Positions 26,287 through 39,439 of a stretch of 64,000 nucleotides of DNA are shown here, piece by piece. Position 1 is the first letter of the stretch. Every line of letters begins with the position of its first letter. The stretch lies in NCBI RefSeq assembly GCF_009834535.1, contig NC_045696.1:11100001-11164000 (forward strand), read 5' to 3'. The notes under the pieces were generated by a model. That model saw only the letters and a list, made by a program, of their open reading frames with translations. It was not told the origin of the DNA and searched no databases. The DNA comes from Camelus ferus (lineage: Eukaryota). Both the position numbers and the translations under genes were made by a program.

Positions 26287-28500
26287 TTCTAAAGTCTGCA
26301 TATTGTCCTTTTGTGACTTAATTCCCTGGTGATAATTTTATTAAAATCCAATCAAGGAAGGATTTAGCATGCAAAGACATCAGCCCTGGGCCCCGAATGC
26401 CCTGCCGTGAGAAATGCTTAACCCTCTCCCCTGTGGTTCTCAGGCTTCTGTGATTCCAGCAAACTCACTCTTCCCCTACAGCCCAGGGAAGTGCAGATAC
26501 GGTCAGGTAATGTCCCTTCCTTGCAGCTTGCTGGAGTAATAATCATAATAACTATATTAATTCACAGCCTAACACTTGGCACTGCAATTTTAACCCAATT
26601 GGTGAAACAATCACAAATGTCTGATATTCTTAAAATAAAACTCTAAGTAAGTCAGACTGCATATACTCCACCTAATAATGTACTTTGCCATGGGAAGAGA
26701 ATACGTAAGTGGGTAATGAGGATAAATGGTGCAGAGTAGACGCTCATCAAAGATGCTACGGCAGCAGCAAGTCACATTCCAGAAGGTTCCAGAAGCGTCC
26801 ATGAAGTCTGTAGTCTGGATTTGACTTGCACGTCACTGTGTGACTGCCTCCTAAGGATGAAAGGCCCCTCACGTGTGTGTGTGTGACAGTAGGAAATAAC
26901 TAAGCCATTCCCTTTGGTCAGGCCTTCCTCACAACAACCTGGGGCCATGGAGAGTCAAGATGGGTTTATCTGTGTTCTGTTTCCAGAGACCGATCTTGAC
27001 CATGGTCTGATTTTATTTTAGGACCCCAGCCTGGTGCAATCTATGTTGTAACGAGGTCTCCATGTTAAGTTTCCCATTATTTTAAAAAAAAACAACACCT
27101 TAAATTCAGTGACTGTCCAGGACTTTAAGGGAGTTTTCTAGAAACCAGGAAGAAGGAAATAGAGGTTATTTTGCCGAGGACCAGTGGTGTTGGATGTAGG
27201 GCCCAAAAGACTGGTTTGGGCAGAAAGTCACTCCCATAATGTGGACTGGTGCTTGGCAACACTGTGAGAAATTTCCCCGGCCCAGAAGCTTACATTCTAC
27301 TCACAGTTTAGCTGAACCCAAGGGCTAAACACGGTGCTTCGGTTCTTGTTTGTAAAACACAGTATATAATCTTTATTAACACAGAGGCATAGAGTATAAG
27401 TGTGTACTCTGCATTAAACTACATAGGTGATGAGAAAAATCTCTGTTCATGGTTTAATATCCTGGGAAGAAAACACCTAGGAAAGAGCATCTTCATAAAA
27501 AGTTTTTTCTGCTTATTTTTATAACGTCTATACCCAGAAGTAAATGCCAAATGCATGAAGCATTTGGGAAAATCAATAATGTCTCTAGGCTACATTTTCA
27601 AAAGTATATTAAAAAAAGATCTTGCAAGAAGATGCTCTATACATATATATATACACACATAGAGAGATGGTCAAATAATCAAATATACTATATACATATG
27701 TGTGCATAAATATATATCAATAGTAGAAAAATGTTTTTACTTTTACTGCAGGAAGTCATATTCATTTTAAAGACATACTGTACTTTGCTTAGGGACATGA
27801 TGCCTTTTCATTAAAAAAAGGTGTCAAGGAAAGATGCTCTGATTTCTTCCTGTGAACAGATTCTGAAAACTCAAGTTACTCTCATACCAAAATGGGCAGA
27901 AATGAGAAAAAGCAGCCAAGCCCCCTTCATTGGGCAGCATTCTTACATCACCCACTTTAAAATTAAATCTGAAACAGAGTTCTGACAGGCCTGCTATTTT
28001 CTTCAGTGCCAAGAGCCACACAATAGACCTTTTTTTTTTTTTTTTTTTGGACAAAGCTCTTAAAATGCTTGGAGATTCAGATGTACTGAGTCACGAAACT
28101 GTACAAATACTGCACACCCATTCCTGCTGGTGCCCCTGCTTGCTCTTTTGGAAACAATACTATATTTTCTCCGTATTTGGCAGAAGGAAAGAAATATTTT
28201 AATTAGAGTTGCAACCTGTTTGAAAGAAGGGTGACCCAAGAAGGCAAGCTCTGACAGTGGGGGGCTGTCCTCCGGGCTGGTGGCCTCTGAGCAGTGCTGG
28301 TGGTTATCATTTCAGAAGAATCCATTTGATTCGCCTTCTGCTAAGTGTGGGCCTACAATGCTGCCCAGTCCCATGACCATAGACGCTTCAAATGTGACCT
28401 GATAAGGTTATAACATTCGGCAAAGAGGGGTGAGTGAAGTTGCACCAAAACTGCGGACACGATTCATCCATGTAATTAGCACTCTTAGAACCATCTTGCA

Positions 28501-28599
28501 AGGGGCGGGTATAGCTCAGGGGTAGAGCGCGTGCTTAGCAAGCACGACGTCCTGGGTTCAATCCTCAGTATCTCTGTTAAAAAAAAAAAAGTTAAAAAA
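28501..28599 (+). mobile_element. tRNA-derived SINE, short form, CpGs retained
   Basis: GGGTATAGCTCAGGGGTAGAGCGCG...GGGTTCAATCC, poly-A; TSD AGAACCATCT (28487-28496, 28600-28609). Confidence 0.9.
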
Positions 28600-29356
28600 A
28601 GAACCATCTCTGAGCAGGTCTCTTTAGAGAGTGTATAACATGCAGCACAGAGAGGTGGACACGACATTGCACAGAAGTACTGCAGGTATATGTGCTGTCT
28701 GTGGGTGCAGAGGTCTGGAGAGGGTGCAGCTAGAGAGGGCACCGGAGAAACAGAAGCAGAAACTGAGGAGGTGGAAAGTAGGGGGAGACAGTGGGAGGAG
28801 CCAAAGGAAAGCAGATCTATGCACGGTTTTCAACACTTTCGCTCTCTCCCCTTTAAAAATTCAAATCAAATTGCTCCCCCCACCCCTTCAGCCAAAAGGA
28901 CTGTTTGGCTGAAGTCGTGAAATAATTGAGAGGTGTTGCAAATGCATCTTCGCACTGCAAGCGAACAACCGACTTCAAGTCTGAACACCTCTCCATCCAG
29001 AGGGATATTTTAGGTTGACTTTAATGATGGCAAGTATTTGAGCTTGAAATGAGGAGGACAAAAGGGCCAAAGACACAGGCAAGTTCCAAAGAGGAAGGTG
29101 CAGGCAGGGGGAGCCTGAATAAAACCCTCCTGGATGAGAAAGTGTGGAGATGTACAACAGCGCCTGGGTTGCCATGCCCTTGGCTTTGAGGAACTGAAGA
29201 CTTCTTCGTGGCTGCAGAAGGCAAGCTAGCCTTGAAACGCACCAAAGAACCATCTCTGGGTTTTCTGGACACAACTTTCATTTTTAAAAAATTTCCCACC
29301 TTCTTCAGATTCCAAACATGTAGAAAATAAAGTGAGGACACATCAGCCGGTCTAGC

Positions 29357-29563
29357 CCAGTATTCCTCGACCTCAGATGAGGATTGAGGACCAATCATTC
29401 CCTGCTGCAGGGGCTGTCCTGTGCATTGAAAGATGTCCAATAGCATCCTGGGCTTCTACTCACTAGGTGCCAATAGCGCCCCTAGTTGTGACAAAACAAA
29501 TTGCCTCCAGACATTGCCAAATACTCCTGGGGGGACAAAATATCCCTGGGTTGAGAATCATTG
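29357..29563 (+). mobile_element. MER20 DNA transposon
   Basis: GGGGCTGTCCTGTGCATTG, CCAGACATTGCCAAAT, GTTGAGAATCATTG end. Confidence 0.8.
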
Positions 29564-29930
29564 TTTTTTTTAATTGAAGTATAGTTGATTTACAATATTC
29601 TGTTAGTTTCAGGTGTGCAGCACAGTGACTCAGTATTGCTGCAGATTGTATTCCATTGTAAGTTATTATAAGATAACAGGTATAATTCCCAGTGCTGTAC
29701 AGTAAATCTTTATTGCTTATTCATTTCATATCATAGTTTGCATCTGTCATCCCCACATCCCTAATTTATCCCTCCCCCCTCCCCCCTTCCCTTCGGTAAC
29801 CACTAGTTTATTTTCAGTGTCTGTGAGTCTGTTTCTGCTTGCATTTACATTCGTGTTACTTTTTAGATTTCACGTCAGTGATATCACATAGTATTTGTCT
29901 TTGTCTGACTTATTTCACTAAATGTGATAC
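29564..29930 (-). mobile_element. L1 3' end inserted at the MER20 terminus
   Basis: Poly-T, AATTGAAGTATAGTTGATTTACAAT; perfect 12-bp TSD TGAGAATCATTG (29552-29563, 29931-29942). Confidence 0.9.
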
Positions 29931-31859
29931 TGAGAATCATTGGTTTAGACTAAACTGTAGAACAAGCTAAATTTTCAATAGGTGAAGACAGCCACTTTAA
30001 GGACCAGATGGCATTTCTGGTGACAGTTGACAACCCCAAATAACCTGCCTTGAACAGACAGAGATAAACATAAATGTCTGAGAGAGAGGTAGACCTTTTC
30101 CCTCAAAGTGCTGGTTTATGGCTTTAGGGAACCACAACACTATTCACAGATAATCCTGGGGGGAAAAATCCTAGGACACTTTTCTTACAAAAAAAAAAAA
30201 AAAAAAAAGGTAAATTAGAAGAGAAAGACCATCCACTTAAATACTGGGGTTTGAAGAGGCAGAGCAGGGAAGACAAGAAAGAAACTCTGCTCTGCGGATT
30301 TCTGCACAGCCTGCAGGACTGATTCCACCGGGCCTTCGACACCCCTTTTCATCCCGAGGCTGTGGACGGGGCTGAGTCTTTGCATCTGGTCTGACCTGCC
30401 CACAAAGCTTCTGGCATTGTTAGTTTGCACCTCACAGAATAGAAGAAGGTGTTGAAAAATGACTGTCCCTTAATTTCACCATCAAATGAACAAAAAAGAG
30501 GTGTGTAAACCTGAACTTGGGTCAGTGTACATTTTTTTAATGGGAAAGGGACTATAAAATTGTGTGCACTGCCTTAAAGCATATCCCTCAAAAGCTGTAC
30601 AAATTGGCCTTTGAGATAAGATCGTGCATTCTCATTTCCACCTGTCTCCCGTCGAACAAGCAGAGAGGAGAAAGGGCTCGGTGACCCCCGTCTCTCTCGT
30701 GCCAGAGTACAGTTCGATGATTTATGATTTCTAAGCCTGAGAATTTTGGGAGCTGCTGAACATGAAAAGAGTGGAAAATCTTCTAAGTCAAGAGAAAGAA
30801 AGGAAGGACGTGGTAGCAGAACGCTCTTCTCGGACTCTGAAACACTACTCTGAAAGCTGTCACGAGTAGGCATCGCCCGGGCCCTCGCAGACAAAAAGGG
30901 TTATTTTATCCAGATTATTCCCCCACATTGCAAGGGAAAAGGGACTCATTTGTAATCATCAAAAGAATGCTGACAGACTTGAAACGGGATTACATTCTAT
31001 TATCCTCATCCGAATTAAAGATTTGTTTTGGAGATCATTCTTAGGTTTCTTCCTCTCTGCTCCTCCCACCCCAAATGAGGTGATTTGTATTCACGGGACA
31101 TCCGAGGCAGACATGAAATCAGACAGTTTGCAAACATACATTTCAGATTCAGTGGCTTGAGTTCTGAATTTTAATGTTGCCTGGTTCTCTGTGCATGGAG
31201 AACTTGGCTCCTGGGTCAAAACTATCCCCAAGCATCACTTCATTCTCTAACTTGTTAACACAGGAGAAATTCAACTTCAGGAGCTTGAGTGAGCAAGGAA
31301 TACAGGTGTCCAGAAATACAGGTGTGGAAATGTAAAATCTATGCATGAGTGGTATTGTCTAGTAGGTCTATGGAAATTCTACCAAACCCTCAACTCCAAG
31401 CTCTGTGGTTTGGGTACCATTTGGAGAATATGACCTGCCAAGTCTAGTCTTCATCCCCCAAAGTGCTTTGTTACATATGTGACCATGAACCTACTGAGAA
31501 GGAAGCCTCCCCAGGACAGAACGGAGTCTTTAGAGTATGCCTGGGTGATAACTAGCACAGCATCTGATACGTGAAAGACTTGAGAACACTTCCTGTTCTG
31601 TCATACAGACCTCCCACAGTGTGGCCACAGTGGAGCTGATGCCCATCTGGGGAAGTACCTCGGCTGAAAGTCATAAATCAGTGGAAGAGTTCAACTGGGT
31701 CAAAAACTACCTCTTGACTTTAGTTGCCAAAAGGACAAGATACCTTAGGGAACATCTCTGTCAAGTCAAGGAGATGGGACTCTCTAAGCAGGAAGACAGC
31801 AAGGAACGTAGGTAAAGTACGTTAGAAGTTGTACCATTTTTTTTCTTTATCTCTTAATC

Positions 31860-33270
31860 CTTCCTTCTAGACACAATGTCCTTCGGGGTCCTTTGGCAGG
31901 TCTTTCAGTCAGGCTTTATTAGTGGTAAACATGCCCTTATTTTACACTCACACATGAAGATAGTTTAGCTGGGTATATAGCTCTGCAGTGACAGGTTTTT
32001 GGGTTTTTTTTTTTTGTTTTCTTCCAGAATCTGGGAAATGTTTTCCTGGCTTCTAGCTCTTGTTGATATGGCAAAGTCCTTATAGATGAAATTATTTTTT
32101 CCTCTCTGATTGTTTTAAGACTATCACTTTGCTTTAGTATTTTATAGTTTTAATATGATAGGTATAAATTTATTTTTATTTATCTTGCTTGGGATGCTTG
32201 AATGTGAATCTTTCATCGACTCTTGAAATTTGATCCTAAGTTATTATCACTTTGAGTATTGCCTCCTCCTCATTTTTCCTATTCTATCTTTCTGGAATGC
32301 TGATCTAATATATGTTGAACCGTCATTTGATCCTCCATGTCTTATAAACTTTGTTCCATGTCTTTATATCTTTTGCCACATTCTGGATGACTTCTCCAGC
32401 TTTATTTTCCAGTTCACTATTTCTCTCTTCACCTCTATCTAATCTATCCATCAAGCTTCTAACTTCGATGAATGTATTTTTCATGTTAGTAGATATACTT
32501 GGTTCTTTTAAGAATATGTCTGGTCTTTCTTGACAGCCTTTCATTCCTTCCTCATGTTTTAGATTCCCTCTTTTATTTATTTAAAAACTCTGTTGTTTTT
32601 GCTGCTGACTGTTGTTCATATAACGTAACTTTGGACTGTGTGTTCATAATCAGCAGAATTTTATCTATTGGAATCCTGTGGGGCCTGTGTTGATGTTTCT
32701 ATGCAAGGAGTATTAGTGTATTTTTCCCAGGTACCCTGGGAACCTGGGACAACTTTTTTAGTTTCTCAGCTTGGGTTTCCTGGTAAAGGCCATGTGAATT
32801 CAAAACCCGGACTCTTGAAAAGGCAGACCTGTGGTTACATGTTCTTAAGGGAGATAATTTTTTTTCCCTCCAACCCCAAACCCAGGCTGAGATGTTTCTT
32901 TGTCATCTTTCTTTTCTCCTCCATCTTTTTATGAATGTTTAGCCCTTTCAGGTCCCAGCCTTATGCAGAGAGCTTTATTCCAATTCCTCACTTGACATTG
33001 GTCTAATGTGTAGTCTCTTGCCCTCGATCACCTATTAAATCTGGTTGTAAAGACCATCAAAGGCCCCCGTGTAGTCATAGGGTCAGTGCCAGCTAACTTC
33101 TTTGGTTCTCTGATGTCCCCCTTCATTTTTGTTCCCTACAAGGCTATTCCTTGCATTTAGTCACTCACTCGTGCATTTAAACGATGTTTATTATATTTCA
33201 TTCAGCAGCTCTAGGTATTTTGTTAGGGAAATAATTTCAGAACACCAGTTTCACCATATTTCCAGAAATG
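31860..33270 (-). mobile_element. Highly diverged old L1 (L1M) fragment
   Basis: T-rich plus strand; GAAGATAGTTTAGCTGGGTATA and other ORF1-region-like motifs; boundaries approximate. Confidence 0.5.
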
Positions 33271-35367
33271 GATTATAGATCCTACACTGTAATCAGTTAT
33301 TTGGGGCTAAATGGTGCTATCGTGAGACACGATGTGGAATGGACAATACCTGTATGTCCTGGGAAAGATTTGGGTCTGGTAGATTAAGAGCTAAAACTTA
33401 CAGGAGGGGCACTGCTTTAAAGTACTTGTAATTTATGTGTTTTGGTATTAGAGATGCTGTCTGTGTTCAACTCCCCAATAGTTACTTAACCTCTCTTGCC
33501 TCAGTTTTTTCCACTTATTGTAATGCCATCCCCTTTGCAGTGATGTGAGGATTCAATGAGTTAATGAACATGACATTCTTAGAACACTGTCTGGCACAGA
33601 GTGCTTTATGTGCTTGATCCACCACAGCATTTTTAACTCACCAATTTCTCTCACTTGTGCTGAGGGAACCAAGTAGAGAAGTTACCCCTATGCTGGGTCA
33701 GAGTTTTAACTGAGAGGGTGCACACACAGGGGCCGGCCAAAGGGTAGCAGAATTAGGAAAGAAGCTTAGAGAAAACAGATCAGAATCTCTTGGTTAGCCT
33801 CCCTCCCATCTGAGAGTCTCCTTCCAGTACTAAAATCTCAGTGACCCTAGGACTGATGTTATTGAGGGAAGCTAGTCCCTGCCAGAAAGATACAAACACA
33901 CCAGCCTCATTCAGATAGTGGCCGAGTATCACAAAAGTTCAGAGTGCCTCACCCCTGGCTCCCAGAACCATTACTTAGCTTGAATGACAAAAGGATGGAT
34001 TTTTGCAGTAAGACAGTTACTAGATTCACATCCTGCCCCTAATTTTTACTAGCAGTTGTGGAACTGGGGTGGTGGGCAAGGTGGAAATAGGGCTGGATAA
34101 TAGGGGAGCAGCTGTCTCTCAGTGTATGGTACCCCCAAACTGGTGCTTTTTCAAGAATTTTTAAGTTGCTGACAGGATGGCTGAAAAAATCAGTAACTTT
34201 CAAATTTTTAAAATCATGAACCCCAGCAGTAAAAACTTTTTAAGAATGCATCTCCTAAATATATGTACATTTAGAAATTACATACTCTTCTACTATCAAC
34301 TTATATGTTAATTATAAGCAAGACATAACTCCTTTTTTTTTTAAGATAGAAAAGAAACAAATAGAAAAGAACAGAAGTTCTAACATTTTCCTCCTGTATC
34401 GACTGGTCGCCTTGTGCGTGAACCCACTCTGCATGGACCATGATGAGAAGACGCTGAAGGAAGGAGTGAGAAAAGGTCAGTCTTCTCAGAGGGCAGGCGA
34501 AACCACCGTGGTCAACCCATGAACTATCTAGAAAGGTTAAGCCAATTGTGGCACCTTTTTTTCCTGGCCTTGCTCCCCACTCGGCACCTATAAGCCGAGT
34601 CCCTCAGGCTGGCCCCACCCCTGGGCTCACCCTAGGGTCTGCCTCTGCTCTGCTTCCTAGCTGGGGAGGGGGGAGGCGGGGCTTGGGTTAGTTAGCTAAC
34701 CCCTCTGAGGATGGGTACTCATCTGTAAAGTGAGATTAATACTTAGCTCAAAGGGTTGCCATGAGGATGAAATCAGATAACACTCTGCTCAATTAATTTT
34801 TACTCCTTTCCTTACTATTCCTTCCTTGAAACGGCTGCTAGGCTGCCCTTTCCAATAGAGCACCTGGGAGACCAAAGCCATCAATAACGGATCACTCGCT
34901 TGCTCAGACTCCTCTTCTCTGCCTCAGAAAGAGCTGGCAGAACACTTTTCAAATGCAGTTACTTTCCATGGAAACAGACCAGCCGTTTGAGATACTAGCT
35001 CTTCATCCCTCTTCTTCTGTGACAGCTGGACAACTCCTTCGGACATTCGCTTTGTTTTTCTTTGGTTACAAGCTGGCTGTAAATGCCACAAAAGTTTTGA
35101 AAGTGAAGACAATCCTGAGGAAAAGGGTGATGTGACGAAGGCATAGATAAAATGCAGAGCTGTGTGTGCACATAGGCACACATGCATGTATGTGTAAGTG
35201 TGTGTGCGCACCTGTGTGTTGGAACAGCAGTGGCAACCTGAGAGCTGGGAAGATACATCCTGGAGTCTCCCTGGCGGTGAGAGGGTGGAGGGAGATCCAG
35301 TCCGCCCGTGTGCCCTCGGATGAACTGACACACAGGCAGGAGGCAGCCCTGCCCTCTGAACACCAGA

Positions 35368-35547
35368 GCAGTGGTTCTCAACTCTGGCTGCGCGCTAGAA
35401 TTGCCTGGGGAGCTTTGAAAAAGAGCCCAATGTCCCGGTCTCCCAGATCAATTAAATCAGAAGCCCTGGGGTTGCTGCTAGAGCATCCAGACATTTGTTG
35501 AGACTCTAAAGATTCTAGTGTGAAGCCAGGGTTGAGACCCACCACTG
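35368..35547 (+). mobile_element. MER5A-like DNA transposon
   Basis: TIRs CAGTGGTTCTCAAC / GTTGAGACCCACCACTG. Confidence 0.8.
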
Positions 35548-35649
35548 CTCTGAGCAGAACAGGAAGGTTCAAATCCTCCTAAAGGGGCATCCTCCATCAG
35601 GACCTTGTTCCCACCCCGAGCCCCCAAGAACAACTGAATGACTATTTTT

Positions 35650-35795
35650 CTTTTATTTTAAATTTTTTTGTTTTTAAATTTAAGGGTGGGTAATTAGGTT
35701 TATTTACTTACTTTTGATGGATTTACTGGGGATTGAACCCAGGACCTCACGCATGCTAAGCATGTGCTCTATCACTGAACTATACCCTCCCCCTC
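35650..35795 (-). mobile_element. tRNA-derived SINE, long form
   Basis: GGTAATTAGGTTT...GGGGATTGAACCCAGGACCTC...TATACCCTCCCCC; TSD GAATGAC(T/C)ATTTTT. Confidence 0.9.
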
Positions 35796-37914
35796 GAATG
35801 ACCATTTTTCTACATTCAGAAATTCTTGGCCAATGAAATAAGGAGCCAGAGTCAGGCTTATTTGCTGGTCTGTGAATGATCTGATAACAAGCACCACTTC
35901 TTGTTTGCTTGGGCTGCTGATGGAGGGGGGAAGACATCAGCCCGGAGACCCCCTCCCATCATGTGGTGCCATTTCTCTGAGGTCTGGGGACACTTTGGTA
36001 CAAGGAAGGCCTTAAAAGCTGCCTCTCTCCCCATGTTTCTCATTTCCTTTCTCTTCTGCTTCCCACATTCACCACTACATGCCCTAGGGTAAAACCAAAC
36101 GTGTAAACATATGGTCATGACTACTTTGTCAAAAGTCAGGAGTTTTCTAGGAATCTGAGTGAGGCCTTGATGAATTTTCCATCCTTTCCTTCCCTCCCTC
36201 CCCCCCATCAGCCCATCAATCACTTTGAACTTCTTTGAGAAGAAAGAAAAAACACACACAAGAGTGAGAAAGGAAAGAGAGGAGAGAGACAGCAGAGAGT
36301 AAAACCATAAAAAAAAAAAAAAAAGAACAAGACCTGAGGGACATGGGAAATTCAGTTCAGAGACACACTGAAACATCACTCTCAAGCGGGACCAAGTGTA
36401 GAGGATCCTTAGCTTTTTATGGCTGGAACCCAAAATGGGACCCCTCCCGCTCCTCTGCCCTCACCCCCTCCTTGTTCTTTGAACAAAGATGATGCTGACA
36501 TTATACTTCTATTAAAAAAAAAATCAATGATCAGTTTGGACCTCTCAGGCCAAATCCTCAATCTGGGAATGCAGTCAAAAGAACAGAAGACTATCCCAAA
36601 GAGGAAGATGGATGAAAGCCAGGCACATTTGCACACGGGATTAAGGATCAGAGGCACTAATTTTGCATGAACTGTTCTTGCCTTCCTGGGATGCGTTTTT
36701 AATGCAGTGATGATAGCCTTTCAGTGGCCGCTGGCAGCATCTCAATATCTTCAGGGATGAGGGGGAAGGGGGTGCCTGGGGAGCCTGTTTCCTAGTGGGC
36801 TGGGAGGTGATTAGCACAAGTCACGAGCCGTGGGGGGAGGAGGCTCTGATGCAGGCTCTGGCTTATTAAGAGTGAGATCCGATGCTGGAATCTCCGGGGG
36901 CAAAAAAAATCAATGACCCAGGAAAACTACACCAGCTGACAGCCTCAGGAAAAAACTCAAGGAAGAGGTGCAAAGAAGAGAAAGGCTGAAGTAACTTTCC
37001 AAAACCCTGCACTGCTAATCTCCTCGGAGCCCCCAGTCTGTACAGACAGTGGCTGGGACCCCTTTCATTCCAGCACTTTCTTTCACCTGGATGCACCATC
37101 CTTCCTCCATTCCCTTCTTCATGAAGGTTAAAGGGGTCCCACGTTCCCTCCATCCTCCCTCTGTTTCGGTTTTTGATGTTTTCTTGTTTAGAAAAACAAG
37201 CAACTAAGGGCATTGTCAAATGCTGCTCTCCTGAGCTCAGCTACTGTAAGGCTCTTCGGGGGAGGGTACACTGTCTCTTTACAAGCACTACATTCTGCAT
37301 ATCCCTCCAAGTTCATAAAAAGGAACAAGACTGCCTGTCCCCAGGAAAGCAGGCATCAGGCTTTGAGGCCAGGATGGGGTGGTGTGTGTGTGTGTGAAGG
37401 ATGGAGGGGGAAAGATGTTGGAGTCACATGATCAGGATCCACTGCTTCAACTAAAACATTCAGCTCATCTGAACCCTCAGACTCATCTTTGGAGCTTAGG
37501 AATTTCCCTCGATGCTATATGTCACATGTTTAGGGGATCCCTAAAGGTTCATCAAGTTTCAAGTCAAATTCATCAACTTTGGAAGACTTCCTCTTTCTCC
37601 CTGAGCCTTTTCTAATATTTCCCCAATGCCCCACAAGATAGATTTTAGATCTCAGTGTGAGTGTCTGTGGTTTAAGAGGAGGTTATTTTTCTTTTCTTCT
37701 CCCCAAAAGGCTCCCTGACACTTTCTCCCTGGTTTTCAGATCTCACACTGAGCAAGGCTGACCAGAGGCAACACAGAGTCTCCCTGTGGATGGACCTGGC
37801 AAAATCACTACCGACCGACCACTGGCTCAGGGAGTTTTAAACCCCGGAATTCAGGTTCCCACCGAGAAGAGAAGAAAATCCCTCTTGACATTTATGTCAT
37901 TTAAAAGAGTGTAT

Positions 37915-38045
37915 CTGTTATAATGGAAAAGACTCTGAAAAAAAAACTATATAGGTGTATGTATATGTATAACTGATTCACTTTGCTGTACACCCGAACC
38001 TAACATTGTAAGTCAGTAAGTCAGCTGTGCTTCAATAAAAAACAA
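37915..38045 (+). mobile_element. Short L1 3' end
   Basis: TATAATGGAAAAGACTCTGAAAAA...CACTTTGCTGTACACC...CTTCAATAAAA. Confidence 0.75.
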
Positions 38046-39439
38046 AATTTTTTTTAAAAAGTAAATAAATAAAGAACATGTATGAAAACATCCATTTCCC
38101 AGGGTAGAGCGGCCCAGTTTGATAAATCAAGTTCACCCTCTGTAACTGCTGCTACATACAGACAATTCCAAACTTGGGTGGTAACCTATAGACTGCTTCA
38201 AGGATTGCAACCGCTGCACTAAAGAAACAAACTCTTAAGTGTCTATAATCTGTGAAAACAATCTAATGGTTACACCGCAATTTACCTAAAGCAATATTTG
38301 TTCAGTTACAATGATGTCACAAAAGAAGGGCTTGTCAGCTTTCAGTTCTTTCCTTAACAATATTCAGACCCAGACTGTGGCTGAATTCAGAACTGTTTTC
38401 CATAGCTTAAATCAGCAAAGACAAAACTTTTCTAGCAGCCAAGAAAGTTCTATTGCAGAAAAAAAAAGTCGATAGCACTTGAAATTCAGCATTTTCCTAG
38501 CACATTTACCACAGCGCTCTGACCCTGTGGTGCACGATTTTAAGGACCACAGTTTCCTTGCCAAATAGGCATATCTTGGCTTCCTTTGCTAGGTAGAAAC
38601 GCTGCCTTGATATTAAATATTCAAAGCAAAGAACCTCTGACCCAAGGGCTTTCAGCTAACAATGACATTCTCTGTAAGTAAACTAGAAACCCAGCTCAGC
38701 TTCTGATTTGCCAGTGTTCCCTGCCATGTACTAGTCTACTGCACAAACAGGGCTGAGGAGTGACTCCCGTTTACCGTGATTATATTGCAAAAGACCCTCA
38801 GGCAGGGATACGGGAAGCCTGGACTTGGCAGAAGATGCTGGAGAAGCGGGGGGTGCGGGGAAAGAGTAGGGTTCAGAGCTGCTTCCTGGGCTGGGCAGGG
38901 GCGAGGAAAGGGTGAAAGGCCTCCAGCCTCGCCAGAGGGAGACCCGGGTCTGATATAATGGCAGAGACGTTGTTACTCTCAGCAAGCGCAACCAGTAACA
39001 GAAGAATGCAGCTCCTGTAGCCCTCATCAACCTAGAAACTTCTCTCTCTTTGCGGCGCCACGCCTACAACCCCAGAACAATCTGAGATCAGCAGCGGGAG
39101 CCTTGGTCCCAGTCCCCTAAAAAAAAAAAAGCCTCAACGTTTACTGGATGGGGGAAGTCATCAATTTTTAAGGCGGTTGGGTCTGGAGGGGGCAGATGCT
39201 GGTAACTTTGGGCGGTGAAGTCCTACCCCTGAGTCTCCGCTCTGCTCCATAAGCTTCTTCTCATTTCTCATTGCATCTCGACCAGACCTCCCATCCACTT
39301 GGGCTTCCCTCTGCTGTCGGCGCAGACTTCAGGTCAAGTGTCCCTCTGGGTTGGTCTCCTTACATGGGCACCCTAGAGGCTGGCTGGGGCACACCCGGAC
39401 TAGGCGGATAGGAAACCAAGTGCAACTCCTTGGACCACA

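Noticed and set aside
28501..28576. tRNA-like sequence with A and B boxes
   Set aside because: Poly-A tail, TSD and seven diverged relatives in the window identify it as a SINE, not a tRNA gene.
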